In this document: piece after piece, positions 59,045-64,000 of the stretch
How the letters are laid out: every line of letters begins with the position of its first letter
Position numbering within the stretch: the stretch's first letter is position 1
DNA from: Gammaproteobacteria bacterium
GTDB taxonomy: Bacteria > Pseudomonadota > Gammaproteobacteria > Eutrophobiales > Eutrophobiaceae
Assembly (NCBI GenBank): GCA_965221695.1
Contig: OZ244905.1
Location: 512,001 to 576,000 of the forward strand
Length of the DNA: 64,000 nt
Direction of reading: 5' to 3'
Made by a program: the position numbers and the translations under genes
The notes under the pieces: model-generated
The model's database searches: none
What the model saw: only the letters and a program-made list of their open reading frames with translations
Told to the model about the DNA's origin: nothing

Positions 59045-60475
59045 ATGCGCCAGTTGCTTACAATTTTTGTCTTAATGTCGGCAGTTGGGCTGCTTTACGG
59101 TCAGGCGCGCGACAAGGCTATCCTGCTCAGCGTTGATGACGCCATCGGCCCGGCGATCACCGATTACATAGAGCGGGGCCTTGACAAGGCAAACGACGCC
59201 GGAGCGGAAATCGTCATCATCCGGCTCGATACTCCCGGCGGCCTGGACCTGGCGATGCGCAGCATAATCCAGGCCATCATCGCGTCCCCGGTCCCGGTCG
59301 CGATCCATGTTGCGCCTTCCGGCGCACGCGCAGCCAGCGCCGGCACCTACATGCTGTATGCCGCGCATGTCGCGGCGATGGCGCCGGGAACCAACCTCGG
59401 CGCGGCAACGCCGGTACAGATGGGCGGTATGCCCGGCATGGAACCGCCGAAAAAACCCACCCCTCCCGGCGCCCCGGACGCGGCGCCGGAGACCGCACCG
59501 GACACTGATGACAACGCCGGTGAAACGGCTGCGCAAGAGGAACCCGGAACATCCGTACCGGGCAATGCGGACGCGATGAGAAAAAAAATAGTGAACGATG
59601 CCGCCGCCTATATTCGCGGTCTCGCCGAGTTGCGCGGGCGCAATGCGGAATGGGCTGAACAAGCCGTGCGCGAAGGCGCCAGCCTGTCCGCCGAAGAGGC
59701 GCTGGAAGCCGGCGTGATCGACCTGGTTGCCAGGGATATTGCGGAACTGCTGCAACAGGTTGACGGGAAAACGGTAACCGTACAGAACGCGGAACGGACG
59801 CTGAACACCAGCGGCTTGATCGTCGAAGCCATCGAACCGGATTGGCGCAACGAACTGCTGGCGATCATCACCAATCCGAACATCGCCTATATCCTGATGC
59901 TGCTGGGCATCTACGGTCTCTTTTTCGAACTGGCCAACCCCGGTTCGGTGCTGCCCGGCGTGATTGGCGGCATCTCCATATTGCTGGCCCTGTACGCACT
60001 GCAAGTGCTGCCGGTGAACTATGCCGGCCTGGGGCTGATGCTCCTGGGGGTGGCGCTGATGGTCGGCGAACTGTTCATACCCAGCTTCGGCATCCTGGGA
60101 ATCGGTGGTGTTATCTCATTCGTGCTGGGTTCCATCCTGCTGTTCGACCGTGACAGCGGCAATCTTGCCGTATCGATGCCGTTGATTACTGCGGTAGCCG
60201 TGTTGTCTGCGGGGTTTTTCCTTATCGTGATCCGTTCCCTGTATGCCTCCAGACGGCGACCCGTGGTAGCCGGCGCTGAAGAGCTTCTCGGCGCAACAGG
60301 CACGGTTGCAGCCGATTTCAGCGGCGCCGGCATCATCCATATTCATGGCGAACAATGGAATGCGCGTTCGGAGACGCCGATGCGCAGCGGGGACGAAGCC
60401 CGCGTCGTCGGCCGGGACGGCCTCACCCTGCTCATCGAAGCAGTACCAGCACCAAAATCGGAGGAATCTTCATAA
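59045..60475 (+). CDS. nfeD: Membrane-bound ClpP-class serine protease NfeD
   Basis: [28 protein letters not shown] and C-terminal GEQWNA OB-fold. Confidence 0.92.
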   Translation: MRQLLTIFVLMSAVGLLYGQARDKAILLSVDDAIGPAITDYIERGLDKANDAGAEIVIIRLDTPGGLDLAMRSIIQAIIASPVPVAIHVAPSGARAASAGTYMLYAAHVAAMAPGTNLGAATPVQMGGMPGMEPPKKPTPPGAPDAAPETAPDTDDNAGETAAQEEPGTSVPGNADAMRKKIVNDAAAYIRGLAELRGRNAEWAEQAVREGASLSAEEALEAGVIDLVARDIAELLQQVDGKTVTVQNAERTLNTSGLIVEAIEPDWRNELLAIITNPNIAYILMLLGIYGLFFELANPGSVLPGVIGGISILLALYALQVLPVNYAGLGLMLLGVALMVGELFIPSFGILGIGGVISFVLGSILLFDRDSGNLAVSMPLITAVAVLSAGFFLIVIRSLYASRRRPVVAGAEELLGATGTVAADFSGAGIIHIHGEQWNARSETPMRSGDEARVVGRDGLTLLIEAVPAPKSEESS

Positions 60476-61227
60476 TGCTGACTTATCTCTATATTATCAT
60501 CGGCCTCGCGATCCTGATCCCGATGTTCATCAAGATTTTGCGCGAATATGAACGCGCAGTGGTCTTCACTTTCGGCCGTTTCACCGCGGTAAAAGGCCCG
60601 GGGCTGATCATTATCATCCCGTTCGTGCAACAGATTGAGAGAGTGGAACTGCGCACCATCGCGATGGATGTCCCGAGCCAGGACGTGATCTCCAGGGACA
60701 ACGTATCGGTCAAGGTCAACGCAGTGCTCTATTACCGGGTGATCGACCCCGAACGGGCAATTATCCAGGTGGAGGATTTCCATGAAGCCACGAGCCAACT
60801 GGCACAGACCACCTTGCGCGCGGTGCTTGGCAAGCATGAGCTGGACGACATGCTGTCGCAGCGGGAAAAGCTCAACAATGACATACAGTCCGACCTGGAC
60901 AAGCAGACCGACGCCTGGGGCATCAAGGTGGCCAACGTTGAGATCAAACATGTGGACCTGGATGAAAGCATGATCCGCGCCATCGCCAAGCAGGCGGAAG
61001 CTGAACGTGAACGGCGCGCCAAGATCATCCATGCAGAGGGCGAGTTGCAGGCATCCCAGAAACTCCTGGAGGCCGCCACGGTGCTGGGCCAGAACAACAA
61101 CAGCATGCAGTTGCGTTACCTGCAGACCCTGACCGAGATCGCAGGCGAGAAAAGCTCCACCATCGCCTTTCCGATACCCATCGATTTCCTCAAATCGTTC
61201 CAGTTGATGGGCCAGGTGAACACATAG
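60475..61227 (+). CDS. SPFH/slipin (stomatin-like) protein
   Basis: [24 protein letters not shown] and [11 protein letters not shown] motifs; TAATG coupling to nfeD. Confidence 0.93.
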   Translation: MLTYLYIIIGLAILIPMFIKILREYERAVVFTFGRFTAVKGPGLIIIIPFVQQIERVELRTIAMDVPSQDVISRDNVSVKVNAVLYYRVIDPERAIIQVEDFHEATSQLAQTTLRAVLGKHELDDMLSQREKLNNDIQSDLDKQTDAWGIKVANVEIKHVDLDESMIRAIAKQAEAERERRAKIIHAEGELQASQKLLEAATVLGQNNNSMQLRYLQTLTEIAGEKSSTIAFPIPIDFLKSFQLMGQVNT

Positions 61228-61391
61228 TACTCAAGCATTGTACCAAAAAAGAGTATGCTGACGAGTTCACCCTGGGAGCGTAGGGGCTTGTCCTGACGTG
61301 AATCGCAACGCTGTACCGGAAAGAGAATGTTGACAATTTCACCCTGGGAACGCCGTGGCTCGCTTGCAGGTCAGAACATAAAACCCAAGAT

Positions 61392-62909
61392 TTATTTGAG
61401 CATGTGGCTTGCGACATGGGATGCCCAGGCCGCAATACTGAGAGAGGGCGGCACCCCCACCGGCTGCGGGAACACTGACGCATCTGCGATGTACAAACCG
61501 GGATGCCCGTGTGCCTGCCCTGCCCCGTCCACCACACCTGCCGCCGTTTCATCACTAATACGGCAGCCGCCCATCGGGTGGGCGGTCATTACACTGCCGG
61601 CGTCAAACTTGAGCGGGCGTCCGGACAGTTCGCCCAGTGTCTCGAAGGCGCGCAGGGTTGCCGCATAGCTGGGCGACCCGTCCATCGAAAATGAAAAGTG
61701 CATGCGTCCCTTGTCCATGCCGATGAAACCATCGGCCGCATCTTGCGACATGGCCACCACATCGTAGGCGCGTCCGGCCTTTGCCCGCGCGCCGGCATAC
61801 AGGAAACCGGGAAGCGGTGGGGTGTTGCCGCCGGCAAGAATGACATAATTGCCTTCCTCATGCCCTTTGATTTTGACGCGTCCATGCGAAGGTGTTCCCA
61901 GCACGGAATCGCGGGAACCATCCTCCGGTACCGGCCAGGAGCCGATCAGGTCGCCATTGGCGCCGAACCCTTTGCCCAGCCCCGGCAATTCGCCCAGGCC
62001 GCCGTTCCGGCATGAATGCAGCAGCAGGTTGTTGGTATTCATCGTACCTGCCGCCAGCACGACCGCATGCGCCCTGAGCGCCTGGTCTTGCCCGTTTTCC
62101 AGGTCACGCACGCTAAGACGGTAACCCTGTTCACCATCACGGGAGACAGCCCGTACCTCGTGCATCGGCTTGATCGTCAGGCCCTTCTGCATAGCCGGCA
62201 ACAGGTAGAGCGCATCCACGGTGGACTTGGAACCGTCCGGGCTGCCGAACATGCTGTGCTCCTGGTGGTAATCTATTGGCCTGCGCACAATACCGTGTTC
62301 GTCCGTAAGCGGCTGCAATGCGTTTTCCTGCTCCGGGTACAGTATGGCCATGGGCGGCTGCTCGCCGGGTTGTAACGGGGTGAAATAATCCTCGCCCACC
62401 CAGGCGTGGTCGGTATGGTTGGGAACGCGGGATGAATCAGGCGGCTGTACGCCCTGCAACTCCTGCAGCGCGCGGTCATAATGACCGGCCATGATCGCGT
62501 CATCCAGCCCGGCGGCGCGCCCGTCCCAGAACCCCGCGGCGGGCCGTTCCAGGATCGCGGCCCAGATATGGCTGCCCCCGCCCACGCCCGAGGTACATAC
62601 GGTCTTGACGCCCCGGCCTATCCATAGTTCCAGAAATCCGGACTTGTTCAGCCTGAGGCCCCGCTTCGGCCCGAACGGCGGATGCAATGAGCGAATTATA
62701 CCCATCATGCCGCCGTTGCAGGGCAACGGCCGGGTGTTCGTGATACCGGCTTCGCGCACCGGCAATGTATCGCGCCAGGGGCCACGTTCCAACAGCAATA
62801 CCGACCTCCCGGCATCAACCAACCGAGAGGCGGCAACAGAACCGCCAAACCCGCTGCCGACTACGATGACATCGGCAGCCTGTTGCTGTTCACTACCATT
62901 GCTCATCAT
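61392..62909 (-). CDS. GMC-family oxidoreductase (cholesterol oxidase-like)
   Basis: VVGSGFGGSV, LERG, GVGGGS, AAGTMNT, NGD and TAHPMGGC motifs. Confidence 0.85.
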   Translation of the reverse strand: MMSNGSEQQQAADVIVVGSGFGGSVAASRLVDAGRSVLLLERGPWRDTLPVREAGITNTRPLPCNGGMMGIIRSLHPPFGPKRGLRLNKSGFLELWIGRGVKTVCTSGVGGGSHIWAAILERPAAGFWDGRAAGLDDAIMAGHYDRALQELQGVQPPDSSRVPNHTDHAWVGEDYFTPLQPGEQPPMAILYPEQENALQPLTDEHGIVRRPIDYHQEHSMFGSPDGSKSTVDALYLLPAMQKGLTIKPMHEVRAVSRDGEQGYRLSVRDLENGQDQALRAHAVVLAAGTMNTNNLLLHSCRNGGLGELPGLGKGFGANGDLIGSWPVPEDGSRDSVLGTPSHGRVKIKGHEEGNYVILAGGNTPPLPGFLYAGARAKAGRAYDVVAMSQDAADGFIGMDKGRMHFSFSMDGSPSYAATLRAFETLGELSGRPLKFDAGSVMTAHPMGGCRISDETAAGVVDGAGQAHGHPGLYIADASVFPQPVGVPPSLSIAAWASHVASHMLK

Positions 62910-62938
62910 TGCTGTGCCTCAGCCAGCTAAGAAGACTA

Positions 62939-63011
62939 TGGGCCGTCAGGGATTCGAACCCTGGACCTTGGGATTAAGAGTCCCCTGCTCTACCAACTAA
63001 GCTAACGGCCC
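62939..63011 (-). tRNA. tRNA-Lys(CTT), CCA not encoded
   Basis: GGGCCGTTAGCTTAG...CTCTTAA...GTTCGAATCCCTGACGGCCCA followed by TAG. Confidence 0.93.
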
Positions 63012-63063
63012 GCGGGAAAGTATATCATGGCAGCCTGCCAATCCGCGCGGGGATCTCTTTGCA

Positions 63064-63290
63064 CCGTCCCATTCTCGCGAAAGCGGGAATCCAGTAAAAC
63101 AAAGGGTCGCCCGTCGGGCGACACAGCATTCGACTGGACTCCCGCTTCCGCGGGAGTGGTACGATGGCAGCGTTCAAGCAAATGCTCCGTCCCATTCCCG
63201 TGAAAACGGGAATCCAGTGAAACAAAGGGTCGCCCATCGGGCGACACAGTATTCGACTGGACTCCTGCTTTCGCAGGAGTGGTATGGTGG
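63064..63290. repeat. Two tandem ~105-bp REP-doublet (REPIN-like) units
   Basis: CATTC[T/C]CG[C/T]GAAA[G/A]CGGGAATCCAG...GTCGCCC..CGGGCGAC...CTGGACTCC..GGAGTG, repeated at ~63064 and ~63187. Confidence 0.85.
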
Positions 63291-63306
63291 CGGGGTTCGC
63301 AGAAGC

Positions 63307-63384
63307 TGGGGTGAGTGATGGGGTTCGAACCCACGACCACCGGAACCACAATCCGGCGCTCTACCTGACTGAGCTACACTCACC
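63307..63384 (-). tRNA. tRNA-His(GTG)
   Basis: G-1 GTGAGTGTAGCTCAG...ATTGTGG...CACTCACCCCA. Confidence 0.96.
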
Positions 63385-63453
63385 ATAGATGCCTGTGCCG
63401 GGCCTGACCCGGCATCCGGTCAATTTACCTGGCGCCGGAGACGACACATTATT

Positions 63454-63530
63454 TGGCACGCCCGAGAGGACTCGAACCTCTAACCCTCGGCTTAGAAGGC
63501 CGATGCTCTATCCGGTTGAGCTACGGGCGC
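63454..63530 (-). tRNA. tRNA-Arg(TCT)
   Basis: GCGCCCGTAGCTCAACCGGATAGAGC...CTTCTAA...GGGCGTGCCA. Confidence 0.97.
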
Positions 63531-63587
63531 AAGTCCTGGGCTTAGCGGGAGCGAACCGGAAATCCGTCCCCGCTTAATACCTTAAAT

Positions 63588-63664
63588 TGGTCGGGGCAGA
63601 GGGATTTGAACCCCCGACCCTCTGCTCCCAAAGCAGATGCGCTACCAGGCTGCGCCATGCCCCG
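63588..63664 (-). tRNA. tRNA-Pro(TGG)
   Basis: CGGGGCATGGCGCAGCCTGG...TTTGGGA...GCCCCGACCA. Confidence 0.97.
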
Positions 63665-63723
63665 AGTCATGTCTGACGAGTGCGCAATAATACGCCGTGT
63701 GTATATGCGCGTCAATTGATTTG

Positions 63724-63882
63724 TTAAGGAACCTCTGATTAAGACAGAGGTTCCTACGATACAAGGATGTATCGTCAATATCAATGACTGTAAGGCATTG
63801 ATATTGTGAGGAAAACAAAAATCGCATTTTTGTTTTCCGTACTCTGACAAGTCCAGGATGGACTTGTTCAGAGTTTCCTTAA
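63724..63882 (+). mobile_element. MITE copy 4 (most intact), TTAA target duplication
   Basis: TTAA-GGAACCTCTGA...TCAGAGTTTCC-TTAA; no coding capacity; five internal hairpins. Confidence 0.9.
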
Positions 63883-64000
63883 GCACAAACCGTACGCATC
63901 TGTAACAAACCTGCCCGCTTTTGCGGTTGACTCTGACACAACGTGGAAGACCCCTGCTTCAACAGAAATACGAGATAGGAACTTCGCTGCGGACACTAAC

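Noticed and set aside
58040-61106. Long antisense ORFs (228, 310, 229 aa) and similar shadows elsewhere
   Set aside because: Shadow frames opposite well-supported GC-rich genes.
61239-61352. Possible CRISPR mini-array
   Set aside because: Only two divergent repeats, no leader, and no cas genes in the window.
63430-63446. Possible duplicated tRNA 3' end (att site), reading GTCTCCGGCGCCA on the minus strand
   Set aside because: Matches none of the tRNAs in the window and is too short to support.
63002-63886. Several 60-115-aa ORFs
   Set aside because: Translations of tRNAs, REP units and the MITE.

Overview
Bacterial chromosome, most likely a gammaproteobacterium (tig-clpP-clpX-lon-tRNAs-ppiD, fabI, Xanthomonas-like T2SS). 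The autotransporter barrel type hints at a marine, possibly sponge-associated, lineage, but that is inference. The flanks are ordinary: modABC, peptide ABC transporters, chaperone/protease genes, nfeD-slipin and seven tRNAs. The centre (~5.3-36.9 kb) is an accessory island in which a partial type II secretion operon (gspD-F-H-I-J-K, then gspL-M-N; no gspE/gspG) is interleaved with a beta-galactan/galactose utilisation cluster (GH53, GH2, sodium:sugar symporter, De Ley-Doudoroff-type enzymes, FadR/GntR regulator). Three unusual exported proteins sit in the island: (i) a 2169-aa ORF fusing eight FN3 domains, an autotransporter-type beta-barrel and a complete TonB-dependent receptor, i.e. two outer-membrane barrels in one chain; (ii) a 1276-aa orphan with a glycine-zipper hairpin, bracketed by inverted MITE copies; (iii) a 588-aa fibre-like protein with a Bacteroidota-type C-terminal domain. 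Four island promoter regions share the AT-only motif ATAATATAAA, suggesting one regulon. A ~160-bp IS5-like MITE made of five stem-loops whose sequences covary between copies occurs four times, plus a 27-bp mini version. No CRISPR array, integrase or transposase was seen.
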